Of a stretch of DNA of 64,000 bases, positions 1 through 14,900 are shown piece by piece (within the stretch, counting starts at the first letter, position 1; every line of letters begins with the position of its first letter). The translations under genes and the position numbers were made by a program. Under the pieces are notes generated by a model. That model was not told where the DNA came from. It did no database searches and was given only the letters and a program-made list of their open reading frames with translations. Where the stretch lies: contig CM060734.1 of assembly GCA_030704615.1 (NCBI GenBank), positions 26,908,001 through 26,972,000 of the forward strand. Direction: 5' to 3'. The stretch is from Takakia lepidozioides (Eukaryota > Plantae > Bryophyta).

Positions 1-548
1 TGACTTCATCGGTTGACATTGTCAAAACCTTTGAAACTCACTACAGTATCCTTGGCAGAACTTCTAGGTCTAACAGTGAGGGGTCTTCTGCTGAATGGAG
101 GGACACAGTTGGAAAAACTGTTCCTATGATTCAAAACAGCCCTGATGAACTGGAGTATATTTCAATGGCTTATAATGCTCCCATTAGTTCTTCTGAGATT
201 GTGGAAGCAATTGAACATTTAAATGGATATAAAGCTGGTGGACCTGATGGTATTGTCAACGAGCTTATCAAGCACGGTGGCGATCCCATGATAGAGGCCC
301 TAGTTCTCCTCTTTAACCTTATCTGGAAGACTGAAATGATCCCCTTTCGCTGGCGACAGGGGGTCATTGTCAATCTATACAAGAAGGGTGACAGAGAAGA
401 ACCGGGGAACTACCGTGGCATCACGCTCCTCAATGCTGTTGGCAAGACATTCTGCAGAGTTATAAGTACTCGTCTCGAGGTTGATCTGGAGTCTAGAGGT
501 TGTTTCCACGAAGGCCAAGCTGGCTTTCGGCGAAACAGGGGCTGTGTG
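1..548 (+). mobile_element. Non-LTR retrotransposon (LINE) reverse transcriptase fragment, RTE/RTEX-like, 3'-truncated by the satellite array
   Basis: The frame is open from the window start. Motifs KAGGPDGIVNELIK, GVIVNLYKKGDREEPGNYRGITLL and HEGQAGFRRNRGC mark the early RT subdomains. The sequence switches to satellite at 549, before the YADD motif. The clade call rests on NYRGITLL only. Confidence 0.9.
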
Positions 549-3500
549 TTCAAACATTGCGAGTGTTTTGGACTTACCTTGTCAGAGGTACATGTCGAGT
601 ATCAGGTCAATCGAAATTGATTCAAAGGGTGAACCCATCGTTCCATGTTCAAATGAATTTTTGATTGCTTTCAATCTTTGCGAGTGTGTTGGACATACCT
701 TGTCACATGCTCCTCTCAAGTATGAAGTCAATCAAAATTGATGAAAAGGGAGAACCCATCGTTCGGTGTTCAAATGATTTTTGATTGCTTTCAAACATTG
801 CGAGTGTGTTGGACTTACCTTGTCAGAGGTACGTGTCGAGTATCAGGTCAGTCGAAATTGATTGAAAGGGTGAACCCATCATTCGTTGTTCAAATGAATT
901 TTTGATTGCTTTCAATCTTTGCATGTGTGTTGGACATACCTTGTCACATTCTACTCTCAAGTATGAAGTCAATCAAAATTGATTGAAAGAACCCATCGTT
1001 CGATGTTCAAATGAATTTTTGCTTGCTTTCAAACATTGCGAGTGTGTTGGACATACCTTGTCAGAGGTACGTGTGGAGTATCAGGTCCATCGAAATTGAT
1101 TGAAAGGGTGAACCCATCGTTCGATGTTCAAATGAATTTTTGATTGCTTTCAATCTTTGCATGTGTGTTGGACATACCTTGTGACATGCTCTTCTCAAGT
1201 ATGAAGTCAATCAAAATTGATTGAAAGGGTGAAGCCATCGTTCGATGTTCAAATGATTTTTGATTGCTTTCAAACATTGCGAGTGTGTTGGACATACCTT
1301 GTCAGAGGTACGTGTCGAGTATCACGTCAATCCAAATTGATTCAAAGGGTGAACCCATCGTTCGATGTTCAAATGAAATTTTGATTGCTTTCAATCTTTG
1401 CGAGTGTGTTGGACATACCTTGTCACATGCTCCTCTCAAGTATGAAGTCAATCAAAATTGATTGAAAGGGTGAACCCATCGTTCGATGTTCAAATGATCT
1501 TTGATTGCTTTCAATCTTTGCGAGTGTGTTGGACATACCTTGTCAGAGGTACGTGTGGAGTATCAGGTCAATCGAAATTGATTCATAGGGTGAACCCATC
1601 GTTCGATGTTCAACTGAATTTTGATTGATTTCAATCTTTGCATGTGTGTTGGACATACCTTGTCACATGCTCCCTCAAATATGAAGTCAATCAAAATTGA
1701 TTGAAAGGGTGAACCCATCGTTCGATGTTCAAATGATTTTTGATTGCTTTCAAACATTGCGAGTGTGTCGGACATACCTTGTCAGAGGTACGTGTGGAGT
1801 ATCAGGTCAATCGAAATAGTTTCAAAGGGTGAACCCAACGTTCGATGTTCAAATCAATTTTGGATTGCTTTCAATCTTTGCATGTGTGTTGGACATACCT
1901 TGTCACATGCTCGTCTCAAATACGAAGTCAATCAAAATTGATTGAAAGGGTGAACCCATCGTTCGATGTTCAAATGATCTTTGATTGCTTTCACACAATG
2001 CGAGTGTGTTGGACATACCTTGTCAGAGCTACGTGTGGAGTATCAGGTCAATCGAAATTGATTGAAAGGGTGAACCCATCGTTCCATGTTGAAATGAATT
2101 TTTGATTGCTTTCAATCTTTGCATGTGTGTTGGACATACCTTGTCACATGCTCCTCTCAAGTATGAAGTCAATCAAAATTGATTGAAAGGGTGAACCCAT
2201 CGTTCGATGTTCAAATGAATTTTTGATTGCTTTCAATCTTTGCATGTGTGTTGGACATACATTGTCACATGCTCCTCTCAAGTATGAAGTCAATAAAAAT
2301 TGATTGAAAGGGTGAACCCATCGTTCGATGTTCAAATGATCTTTGATTGCTTTCAAACATTGCGAGTGTGTTGGACATACCTTGTCAGAGGTACGTGTGG
2401 AGTATCAGGTCAATCGAAATTGATTGAAAGGGTGAACCCATCGTTCCATGTTGAAATGAATTTTTGATTGCTTTCAATCTTTGCATGTGTGTTGGACATA
2501 CCTTGTCACATGCTCCTCTCAAGTATGAAGTCAATCAAAATTGATTGAAAGGGTGAAGCCATCGTTCGATGTTCAAATGATTTTTGATTGCTTTCAAACA
2601 TTGCGAGTGTGTTGGACATACCTTGTCAGAGGTACGTGTGGAGTATCAGGTCAGTCGAAATTGTACGAAACGGTGAACCCAACGTTCGATGTTCAAATGA
2701 ATTTTTGATTGCTTTCAATCTTTGCGAGTGTGTTGGACATACCTTGTCAGAGGTACGTGTGGAGTATCAGGTCAATCTAAATTGATTCAAAGGGTGAACC
2801 CATCGTTCGATGTTCAAATGAATTTTTGATTGCTTTCAATCTTTGCGAGTGTGTTGGACATACCTTGTCACATGCTCCTCTCAAGTATGAAGTCAATCAA
2901 AATTGATTGAAAGGGTGAACCCATCGTTCGATGTTCAAATGATCTTTGATTGCTTTCAAACATTGCGAGTGTGTTGGACATACCTTGTCACATGCTCCTC
3001 TCAAGTATGAAGTCAATCAAAATTGATTGAAAGGGTGAACCCATCATTCGATGTTCAAATGATCTTTGATTGCTTTCAATCTTTGCAAGTGTGTTGGACA
3101 TACCTTGTCAGAGGTACGTGTGGAGTATCAGGTCAATCGAAATTGATTCATAGGGTGAACCCATCGTTCGATGTTCAACTGAATTTTGATTGATTTCAAT
3201 CTTTGCGAGTGTGTTGGACATACCTTGTCACATTCTCCTCTCAAGTATGAAGTCAATCAAAATTGATTCAAAGGTGAACCCATCGTTCGATGTTCAAATG
3301 ATTTTTGATTGCTTTCAATCTTTGCGTGTGTGTTGGACATACCTTGTCAAAGGTACGTCTCGAGTATCAGGTCAATCGAAATTGATTCAAAGGGTGAACC
3401 CATCGTTCGATGTTCAAATAAATTTTGATTAATTTCAATCTTTGCGAGTGTGTTGGACATACGTTGTCACATGCTCCTCTCAAGTATGAAGTCAATCAAA

Positions 3501-5066
3501 ATTGATTGAAAGGGTGAACCCATCGTTCGATGTTCAAACGATCTTTGATTGCTTTCAAACATTGCGAGTGTGTTGGACATACCTTGTCACATGCTCCTCT
3601 CAAGTATGAAGTCAATCAAAATTGATTGAAAGGGTGAACCCATCGTACGATGTTCAAATGAATTTTTGATTGCTTTCAAACATTGCGACTGTGTTGGACA
3701 TACCTTGTCAGAGGTACGTGTTGAGTATCACGTCAATCGAAATTGATTCAAAAGGTGAACCCATCGTTTGATGTTGAAATGAATTTTTCATTGCTTTCAA
3801 TATTTGCGAGTGTGTTGGACATACCTTGTCACATGCTCCTCTCAAGTATGAAGTCAATCAAAATTGATTGAAAGGGTGAACCCATCGTTCCATGTTCAAA
3901 AGATTTTTGATTGCTTTCAAACATTGCGAGTGTGTTGGACATACCTTGTCACATGCTCCTCTCAAGTATGAAGTCAATCAAAATTGATTGAAAGGGTGAA
4001 CCCATCGTACGATGTTCAAATGAATTTTTGATTGCTTTCAAACATTGCGAGTGTGTTGGACTTACCTTGTCAGAGGTACATGTTGAGTATCAGGTCAATC
4101 GAAATTGATTCAAAGGGTGAACCCATCGTTCCATGTTGAAATGAATTTTTGATTGCTTTCAATCTTTGCATGTGTGTTGGACATACCTTGTCACATGCTC
4201 CTCTCAAGTATGAAGTCAATCAAAATTGATTGAAAGGGTGAAGCCATCGTTCGATGTTCAAATGATTTTTGATTGCTTTCAAACATTGCGAGTGTGTTGG
4301 ACATACCTTGTCAGAGGTACGTGTGGAGTATCAGGTCAGTCGAAATTGTACGAAAGGGTGAACCCAACGTTCGATGTTCAAATGAATTTTTGATTGCTTT
4401 CAATCTTTGCGAGTGTGTTGGACATACCTTGTCACATGCTCCTCTCAAGTAAGAAGTCAATCAAAATTGATTGAAAGGGTGAAGCCATCGTTCGATGTTC
4501 AAATGATTTTTGATTGCTTTCAAACATTGCGAGTGTGTTGGACATACCTTGTCAGAGGTACGTGTGGAGTATCAGGTAAGTCGAAATTGTATGAAAGGGT
4601 GAACCCATCGTTCGATGTTCAAATGAATTTTTGATTGCTTTCAATCTTTGCATGTGTGTTGGACATACCTTGTCACATGCTCCTCTCAAGTATGAAGTCA
4701 ATCAAAATTGATTGAAAGGGTGAAGCCATCGTTCGATGTTCAAATGATTTTTTATTGCTTTCAAACATTGCGAGTGTGTTGGACATACCTTGTCAGAGGT
4801 ACGTGTGGAGTATCAGGTCAATCGAAATTGATTCAAAGGGTGAACCCATCGTTACATGTTCAAATGAATTTTTGATTGCTTCCAATCTTTGCATGTGTGT
4901 TGGACATACCTTGTCACATGCTCCTCTCAAGTATGAAGTCAATCAAAATTGATTGAAAGGGTGAACCCATCGTTCCATGTTCAAATGATTTTTGATTGCT
5001 TTCAAACATTGCGAGTGTGTTGGACATACCTTGTCACATGCTCCTCTCAAGTATGAAGTCAATCAA

Positions 5067-5924
5067 TTGACCTGATACTCCACACGTACCTCTGACAAGG
5101 TATGTCCAACACATTCGCAAAGATTGAAAGCAATCAAAAATCATTTGAACATCGAACGATGCGGTCACCCTTTCAATCAATTTTGATTGACGTGATACTC
5201 GACGCGTACCTCTTACAAGGTAAGTCCAACACACTCGCAATGTTTGAAAGCAATCAAAAATTCATTTGAACATCGAAGGATGGGTTCACCCTTTCAATCA
5301 ATTTTGATTGACTTCATACTTGAGATGAGCATGTGACAAGGTATGTCCAACACACATGCAAAGATTGAAAGCAATCAAAAATTCATTTCAACATGGAACG
5401 ATGGGTTCACCCTTTCAATCAATTTCGATTGACCTGATACTCCACACGTACCTCTGACAAGGTATGTCCAACACACTCGCAATGTTTGAAAGCAATCAAA
5501 GATCATTTGAACATCGAACGATGGGTTCACCCTTTCAATCAATTTTTATTGACTTCATACTTGAGAGGAGCATGTGACAATGTATGTCCAACACACATGC
5601 AAAGATTGAAAGCAATCAAAAATTCATTTGAACATCGAACGATGGGTTCACCCTTTCAATCAATTTTGATTGACTTCATACTTGAGAGGAGCATGTGACA
5701 AGGTATGTCCAACACACATGCAAAGATTGAAAGCAATCAAAAATTCATTTCAACATGGAACGATGGGTTCACCCTTTCAATCAATTTCGATTGACCTAAT
5801 ACTCCACACGTACCTCTGACAAGGTATGTCCAACACACTCGCAATGTTTGAAAGCAATCAAAGATCATTTGAACATCGAACGATGGGTTCATCCTTTCAA
5901 TCAATTTTTATTGACTTCATACTT
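5067..5924 (-). repeat. Inverted block of ~7 satellite monomers inside the array
   Basis: At ...AAGTCAATCAA|TTGACCTGATACTCC the monomers switch to reverse complement. They return to forward orientation at ...TTGACTTCATACTT|C|TTGAAAGGGTGAACC. Confidence 0.95.
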
Positions 5925-8900
5925 CTTGAAAGGGTGAACCCATCGTACGATGTTCAAATGAATTTTTGATTGCTTTGAAACATTGCAAGTGTGTTGGACT
6001 TACCTTGTCAGAGGTACATGTTGAGTATCAGGTCAATCGAAATTGATTCAAAGGGTGAACCCATCGTACGATGTTCAAATGAATTTTTGATTGCTTTCAA
6101 ACATTGCGAGTGTGTTGGACTTACCTTGTCAGAGGTACATGTTGAGTATCAGGTCAATCAAAATTGATTCATAGGGTGAACCCATCGTTCCATGTTGAAA
6201 TAAATTTTTGATTGCTTTCAATCTTTGCATGTGTGTTGGACATACCTTGTCACATGCTCGTCTCAAATACGAAGTCAATCAAAATTGATTGAAAGGGTGA
6301 ACCCATCGTTCGATGTTCAAATGATCTTTGATTGCTTTCAAACAATGCGAGTGTGTTGGACATACCTTGTCAGAGGTACGTGTGGAGTATCAGGTCAATC
6401 GAAATTGATTGAAAGGGTGAACCCATCGTTCCATGTTGAAATGAATTTTTGATTGCTTTCAATCTTTGCATGTGTGTTGGACATACCTTGTCACATGCTC
6501 CTCTCAAGTATGAAGTCAATCAAAATTGATTGAAAGGGTGAACCCATCGTTCGATGTTCAAATGAATTTTTGATTGCTTTCAATCTTTGCATGTGTGTTG
6601 GACATACATTGTCACATGCTCCTCTCAAGTATGAAGTCAATAAAAATTGATTGAAAGGGTGAACCCATCGTTCGATGTTCAAATGATCTTTGATTGCTTT
6701 CAAACATTGCGAATGTGTTGGACATACCTTGTCAGAGGTACGTGTGGAGTATCAGGTCAATCGAAATTGATTGAAAGGGTGATCCCATCGTTCCATGTTG
6801 AAATGATTTTTGATTGCTTTCAATCTTTGCATGTGTGTTGGACATACCTTGTCACATGCTCCTCTCAAGTATGAAGTCAATCAAAATTGATTGAAAGGGT
6901 GAAGCCATCGTTCGATGTTCAAATGATTTTTGATTGCTTTCAAACATTGCGAGTGTGTTGGACATACCTTGTCAGAGGTACGTGTGGAGTATCAGGTCAG
7001 TCGAAATTGTACGAAAGGGTGAACCCAACGTTCGATGTTCAAATGAATTTTGGATTGCTTTCAATCTTTGCGAGTGTGTTGGACATACCTTGTCAGAGGT
7101 ACGTGTGGAGTATCAGGTCAATCTAAATTGATTCAAAGGGTGAACCCATCGTTCGATGTTCAAATGAATTTTTGATTGCTTTCAATCTTTGCATGTGTGT
7201 TGGACATACCTTGTCACATGCTCGTCTCAAATACGAAGTCAATCAAAATTGATTGAAAGGGTGAACTCATCGTTCGATGTTCAAATGATCTTTGATTGCT
7301 TTCAAACAATGCGAGTGTGTTGGACATACCTTGTCAGAGGTACGTGTGGAGTATCAGGTCAATCGAAATTGATTGAAAGGGTGAACCCATCGTTCCATGT
7401 TGAAATGAATTTTTGATTGCTTTCAATCTTTGCATGTGTGTTGGACATACCTTGTCACATGCTCCTCTCAAGTATGAAGTCAATCAAAATTGATTGAAAG
7501 GGTGAACCCATCGTTCGATGTTCAAATGAATTTTTGATTGCTTTCAATCTTTGCAAGTGTGTTGGACATACCTTGTCACATGCTCCTCTCAAGTATGAAG
7601 TCAATCAAAATTGATTGAAAGGGTGAACCCATCGTTCGATGTTCAAATGATCTTTGATTGCTTTCAAACATTGCGAGTGTGTTGGACATACCTTGTCACA
7701 TGCTCCTCTCAAGTATGAAGTCAATCAAAATTGATTGAAAGGGTGAACGCATCATTCGATGTTCAAATGATCTTTGATTGCTTTCAATCTATGCAAGTGT
7801 GTTGGACATACCTTGTCAGAGGTACGTGTGGAGTATCAGGTCAATCGAAATTGATTCATAGGGTGAACCCATCGTTCGATGTTCAACTGAATTTTGATTG
7901 ATTTCAATCTTTGCGAGTGTGTTGGACATACCTTGTCACATTCTCCTCTCAAGTATGAAGTCAATCAAAATTGATTCAAAAGGTGAACCCATCGTTCGAT
8001 GTTCAAATGATTTTTGATTGCTTTCAATCTTTGCGTGTGTGTTGGACATACCTTGTCAGAGGTACGTCTCGAGTATCAGGTCAATCGAAATTGATTCAAA
8101 GGGTGAACCCATCGTTCGATGTTCAAATAAATTTTGATTAATTTCAATCTTTGCGAGTGTGTTGGACATACGTTGTCACATGCTCCTCTCAAGTATGAAG
8201 TCAATCAAAATTGATTGAAAGGGTGAACCCATCGTTCGATGTTCAAAGGATCTTTGATTGCTTTCAAACATTGCGAGTGTGTTGGACATACCTTGTCACA
8301 TGCTCCTCTCAAGTATGAAGTCAATCAAAATTGATTGAAAGGGTGAACCCATCGTACGATGTTCAAATGAATTTTTGATTGCTTTCAAACATTGCGAGTG
8401 TGTTGGACATACCTTGTCAGAGGTACGTGTTGAGTATCACGTCAATCGAAATTGATTCAAAGGTGAACCCATCGTTTGATGTTGAATGAATTTTTCATTG
8501 CTTTCAATTTTGCGGTGTGTTGGACATACCTTGTCACATGCTCCTCTCAAGTATGAAGTCAATCAAAATTGATTGAAAGGGTGAACCCATCGTTCGATGT
8601 TCAAATGATTTTTGATTGCTTTCAAACATTGCGAGTGTGTTGGACATACCTTGTCACATGCTCCTCTCAAGTATGAAGTCAATCAAAATTGATTGAAAGG
8701 GTGAACCCATCGTACGATGTTCAAATGAATTTTTGATTGCTTTCAAACATTGCGAGTGTGTTGGACTTACCTTGTCAGAGTACATGTCGAGTATCAGGTC
8801 AATCGAAATTGATTCAAAGGGTGAACCCATCGTTCGATGTTCAAATGAATTTTTGATTGCTTTCACAATCTTTGCATGTGTGTTGGACATACCTTGTCAC

Positions 8901-11900
8901 ATGCTCCTCTCAAGTATGAAGTCATCAAAATTGATTGAAAGGGTGAACCCATCGTCGATGTTCAAATGATCTTTGATTGCTTTCAATCTTTGCGAGTGTG
9001 TTGGACATACCTTGTCACATGCTCCTCTCAAGTATGAAGTCAATCAAAATTGATTGAAAGGGTGAACCCATCGTTCGATGTTCAAATGATTTTTTGATTG
9101 CTTTCAAACATTGCGAGTGTGTTGGACATACCTTGTCAGAGTACGTGTGGAGTATCAGGTCAATCGAAATTGATTGAAAGGGTGAACCCATCGTTCGATG
9201 TTCAAATGAATTTTTGATTGCTTTCAATCTTTGCAGTGTGTTGGACATACCTTGTCACATGCTCCTCTCAAGTATGAAGTCAATCAAAATTGATTGAAAG
9301 GGTGAACCCATCGTTCGATGTTCAAATGATTTTTGATTGCTTTCAAACATTGCGAGTGTGTTGGACATACCTTGTCACATGCTACTCTCAAGTATGAAGT
9401 CAATCAAATTGATTGAAAGGGTGAACCCATCGTTCGATGTTCAAATGATCTTTGATTGCTTTCAAACATTGCGAGTGTGTTGGACTTACCTTGTCAGAGG
9501 TACGTGTCGAGTATCACGTCAATCGAAATTGATTCAAAGGGTGAACCCATCGTTCGATGTTCAAATGAATTTTTGATTGCTTTCAATCTTTGCGAGTGTG
9601 TTGGACATACCTTGTCACATGCTCCTCTCAAGTATGAAGTCAATCAAAATTGATTGAAAGGGTGAACCCATCGTTCGATGTTCAAATGATTTTTGATTGC
9701 TCTCAACATTGCGAGTGTGTTGGACATACCTTGTCAGAGGTACGTGTGGAGTACAGGTCAATCGAAATTGATTGAAAGGGTGAACCCAACGTTCGATGTT
9801 CAAATGAATTTTTGATTGCTTTCAATCTTTGCGAGTGTGTTGGACATACCTTGTCAGAGGTACGTGAGAAGTATCAGGTCAATCAAATTGATTGCAAAGG
9901 GTGAACCCATTGTTCGATGTTCAAATGATTTTTGATTAATTTCAATCTTTGCGAGTGTGTTGGACATACCTTGTCACATGCTCTTCTCAAGGATGAAGTC
10001 AATCAAAATTGATTGAAAGGGTGAACCCATCGTTCGATGTTCAAATGATCTTTGATTGCTTTCAAACATTGCGAGTGTGTTGGACATACCTTGTCAGAGG
10101 TACTGTCGAGTATCAGGTCAATCGAAATTGATTCAAAGGGTGAACCCATCGTTCGATGTTCAAATGAATTCTTGATTGCTTTCAATCTTTGCGAGTGTGT
10201 TGGACATACCTGGTCACATGCTCCTCTCAAGTATGAAGTCAATCAAAATTGATTGAAAGGGTGAACCCATCGTTCGATGTTCAAATGAATTTTGATTGCT
10301 TTCAAACATTGCGAGTGTGTTGGACTTACCTTGTCAGAGGTACGTGTCGAGTATCACGTCAATCAAATTGATTGAAAGGGTGACCCATCGTTCGATGTTC
10401 AAATGATTTTTGATTGCTTTCATCTTTGCGAATGTGTTGGACATACCTTGTCAGAGGTACGTGTGGAGTATCAGGTCAATCTAAATTGATTCAAAGGGTG
10501 AACCCATCGTTCGATGTTCAAATGAATTTTTGATTGCTTTCAATCTTTGCGAGTGTGTTTGACATACCTTGTCACATGCTCCTCTCAAGTATGAAGTCAA
10601 TCAAATTGATTGAAAGGGTGAACCATCGTTCGATGTTCAAATGATCTTTGATTGCTTTCAAACATTGCGAGTGTGTTGGACATACCTTGTCACATGCTCC
10701 TCTCAAGTATGAAGTCAATCAAAATTGATTGAAAGGGTGAACCCATCGTTCGATGTTCAAATGATCTTTGATTGCTTTCAATCTTTGCGAGTGTGTTGGA
10801 CATACCTTGTCAGAGGTACGTGTGGAGTATCAGGTCAATCGAAATTGATTGAAAGGGTGAACCCATCGTTCGATGTTCAAATGAATTTTTGATTGCTTTC
10901 AATCTTTGCGAGTGTGTTGGACATACCTTGTCACATGCTCCTCTCAAGTATGAAGTCAATCAAAATTGATTGAAAGGGTGAACCCATCGTTCGATGTTCA
11001 AATGATTTTTGATTGCTTTCAAACATTGCGAGTGTGTTGGACATACCTTGTCAGAGGTACGTGTCGAGTATCAGGTCAATCGAAATTGATTCAAAGGGTG
11101 AACCCATCGTTCGATGTTCAAATGAATTTTTGATTGCTTTCAATCTTTGCGAGTGTGTTGGACATACCTTGTCACATGCTCCTCTCAAGTATGAAGTCAA
11201 TCAAAATTGATTGAAAGGGTGAACCCATCGTTCGATGTTCAAATGATTTTGATTGCTTTCAAACATTGCGAGTGTGTTGGACTTACCTTGTCAGAGTTAC
11301 GTGTCGAGTATCAGGTCAATCGAAATTGATTGAAAGGGTGAACCCATCGTTCGATGTTCAAATGAATTTTTGATTGCTTTCAATCTTTGCGAGTGTGTTG
11401 GACATACCTTGTCACATGCTACTCTCAAGTATGAAGTCAATCAAATTGATTGAAAGGGTGAACCCATCGTTCGATGTTCAAATGAATTTTGATTGCTTTC
11501 AAACATTTGCGAGTGTGTTGGACATACCTTGTCAGAGGTACGTGTGGAGTATCAGGTCAATCGAATTGATTGAAAGGGTGAACCCATCGTTCGATGTTCA
11601 AATGAATTTTTGATTGCTTTCAATCTTTGCGAGTGTGTTGGACATACCTTGTTCATGCTCCTCTCAAGTATGAAGTCAATCAAAATTGATTGAAAGGGTG
11701 AACCCATCGTTCGATGTTCAAATGATTTTTGATTGCTTTCAAACATTGCGAGTGTGTTGGACATACCTTGTCAGAGGTACGTGTCGAGTATCACGTCAAT
11801 CGAAATTGATTCAAAGGGTGAACCCATCGTTCGATGTTCAAATGAATTTTTGATTGCTTTCAATCTTTGCGAGTGTGTTGGACATACCTTGTCACATGCT

Positions 11901-14900
11901 CCTCTCAAGTATGAAGTCAATCAAATTGATTGAAAGGGTGAACCCATCGTTCGATGTTCAAATGATCTTTGATTGCTTTCAAACATTGCGAGTGTGTTGG
12001 ACATACCTTGTCAGAGGTACGTGTGGAGTATCAGGTCAATCGAAATTGATTCAAAGGGTGAACCCATCGTTCGATGTTCAAATGAATTTTGATTGCTTTC
12101 AATCTTTGCGAGTGTGTTGGACATACCTTGTCACATCTCCTCTCAAGTATGAAGTCAATCAAATTGATTGAAAGGGTGAACCCATCGTTCGATGTTCAAA
12201 TGATTTTTTGATTGCTTTCAAACATTGCGAGTGTGTTGGACATACCTTGTCAGAGGTACGTGTGAGTATCAGGTCAATCGAAATTGTTCAAAGGGTGAAC
12301 CCATCGTTCGATGTTCAAATGAATTTTGATTGCTTTCAATCTTTGCGAGTGTGTTGGACATACCTTGTCACATGCTCCTCTCAAGTATGAAGTCAATCAA
12401 ATTGATTGAAAGGGTGAACCCATCGTTCGATGTTCAAATGATCTTTGATTGCTTTCAAACATTGCGAGTGTGTTGGACATACCTTGTCAAGGTACGTGTG
12501 GAGTATCAGGTCAATCGAAATTGATTGAAAGGGTGAACCCATCGTTCGATGTTCAAATGAATTTTGATTGCTTTCAATCTTTGCGAGTGTGTTGACATAC
12601 CTTGTCACATGCTCCTCTCAAGTATGAAGTCAATCAAAATTGATTGAAAGGGTGAACCCATCGTTCGATGTTCAAATGAATTTTTGATTGCTTTCAATCT
12701 TTGCGAGTGTGTTGGACATACCTTGTCACATGCTCCTCTCAAGTATGAAGTCAATCAAAATTGATGAAAGGGTGAACCCATCGTTCGATGTTCAAATGAT
12801 TTTTTGATTGCTTTCAATCTTTGCGAATGTGTTGGACATACCTACCTTGTCAGAGGTACGTGTCAAGTATGAAGTCAATCGAAATTGATTCAAAGGGTGA
12901 ACCCATCGTTCGATGTTAAATGATTTTTGATTGCTTTCAATCTTTGCGAGTGTGTTGGACATACCTTGTCACATGCTCCTCTCAAGTATGAAGTCAATCA
13001 AAATTGATTGAAAGGGTGAACCCATCGTTCGATGTTCAAATGAATTTTTGATTGCTTTCAAACATTGCGAGTGTGTTGGACACCTTGTCACATGCTCCTC
13101 TCAAGTATGAAGTCAATCAAAATGATTGAAAGGTGAACCCATCGTTCGATGTTCAAATGATCTTTGATTGCTTTCAATCTATGCGAGTGTGTTGGACATA
13201 CCTTGTCAGAGGTACGTTGGAGTATCAGGTCAATCGAAATTGATTCAAAGGGTGAACCCATCGTTCGATGTTCAAATGAATTTTGATTGCTTTCATCTTT
13301 GCGAGTGTGTTGGACATACCTTGTCACATGCTCCTCTCAAGTATGAGTCAATCAAAATTGATTGAAAAGGTGAACCCATCGTTCGATGTTCAAATGATTT
13401 TTGATTGCTTTCAATCTTTGCGAGTGTGTTGGACATACCTTGTCAGAGGTACGTGTGGAGTATCAGGTCAATCGAAATTGATTCAAAGGGTGAACCCATC
13501 GTTCGATGTTCAAATGAATTTTTGATTGCTTTCAATCTTTGCGAGTGTGTTGGACATACCTTGTCACATGCTCCTCTCAAGTATGAAGTCAATCAAAATT
13601 GATTGAAAGGGTGAACCCATCGTTCGATGTTCAAATGATCTTTGATTGCTTTCAAACTTGCGAGTGTGTTGGACATACCTTGTCACATGCTCCTCTCAAG
13701 TATGAAGTCATCAAATTGATGAAAGGGTGAACCCATCGTTCGATGTTCAAATGATTTTTGATTGCTTTCAAACATTGCGAGTGTGTTGGACATACCTTGT
13801 CAGAGGTACGTGTCAAGTATCACGTCAATCGAAATTGATTCAAAGGTGAACCCATCGTTCGATGTTCAAATGAATTTTTGATTGCTTTCAATATTTGCGA
13901 GTGTGTTGGACATACCTTGTCACATGCTCCTCTCAAGTATGAAGTCAATCAAATTGATTGAAAGGGTGAACCCATCGTTCGATGTTCAAATGATTTTTGA
14001 TTGCTTTCAAACATTGCGAGTGTGTTGGACATACCTTGTCACATGCTCCTCTCAAGTATGAAGTCAATCAAAATTGATTGAAAGGGTGAACCCATCGTAC
14101 GATGTTCAAATGAATTTTTGATTGCTTTCAAACATTGCGAGTGTGTTGGACTTACCTTGTCAGAGGTACGTGTCGAGTATCAGGTCAATCGAAATTGATT
14201 CAAAGGGTGAACCCATCGTTCCATGTTCAAATGATTTTTGATTGCTTTCAATCTTTGCGAGTGTGTTGGACATACCTTGTCACATGCTCCTCTCAAGTAT
14301 GAAGTCAATCAAATTGATTGAAAGGAGAACCCATCGTTCGATGTTCAAATGATTTTGGATTGCTTTCAACATTGCGAGTGTGTTGGACATACCTTGTCAG
14401 AGGTACGTGTCGAGTATCAGGTCAGCGAATTGATTGAAAGGGTGAACCCATCGTTCGATGTTCAAATGAATTTTGATTGCTTTCAATCTTTGCAGTGTGT
14501 TGGACATACCTTGTCACATGCTACTCTCAAGTATGAAGTCAATCAAAATTGATTGAAAGGTGAACCCATCGTTCGATGTTCAATGAATTTTTGATTGCTT
14601 TCAAACATTGCGAGTGTGTTGGACATACCTTGTCAGAGGTACGTGTCGAGTATAAGGTCAATCGAAATTGATTGAAAGGGTGAACCCATCGTTCGATGTT
14701 CAAATGAATTTTTGATTGCTTTCAATCTTGCGAGTGTGTTGGACACCCTTGTCACATGCTCCTTCAAGTATGAAGTCAATCAAATTGATTGAAAGGGTGA
14801 ACCCATCGTTCGATGTTCAAATGATTTTTGATTGCTTTCAAACATTGCGAGTGTGTTGGACATACCTTGTCAGAGGTACGTGTCGAGTATCAGGTCAATC

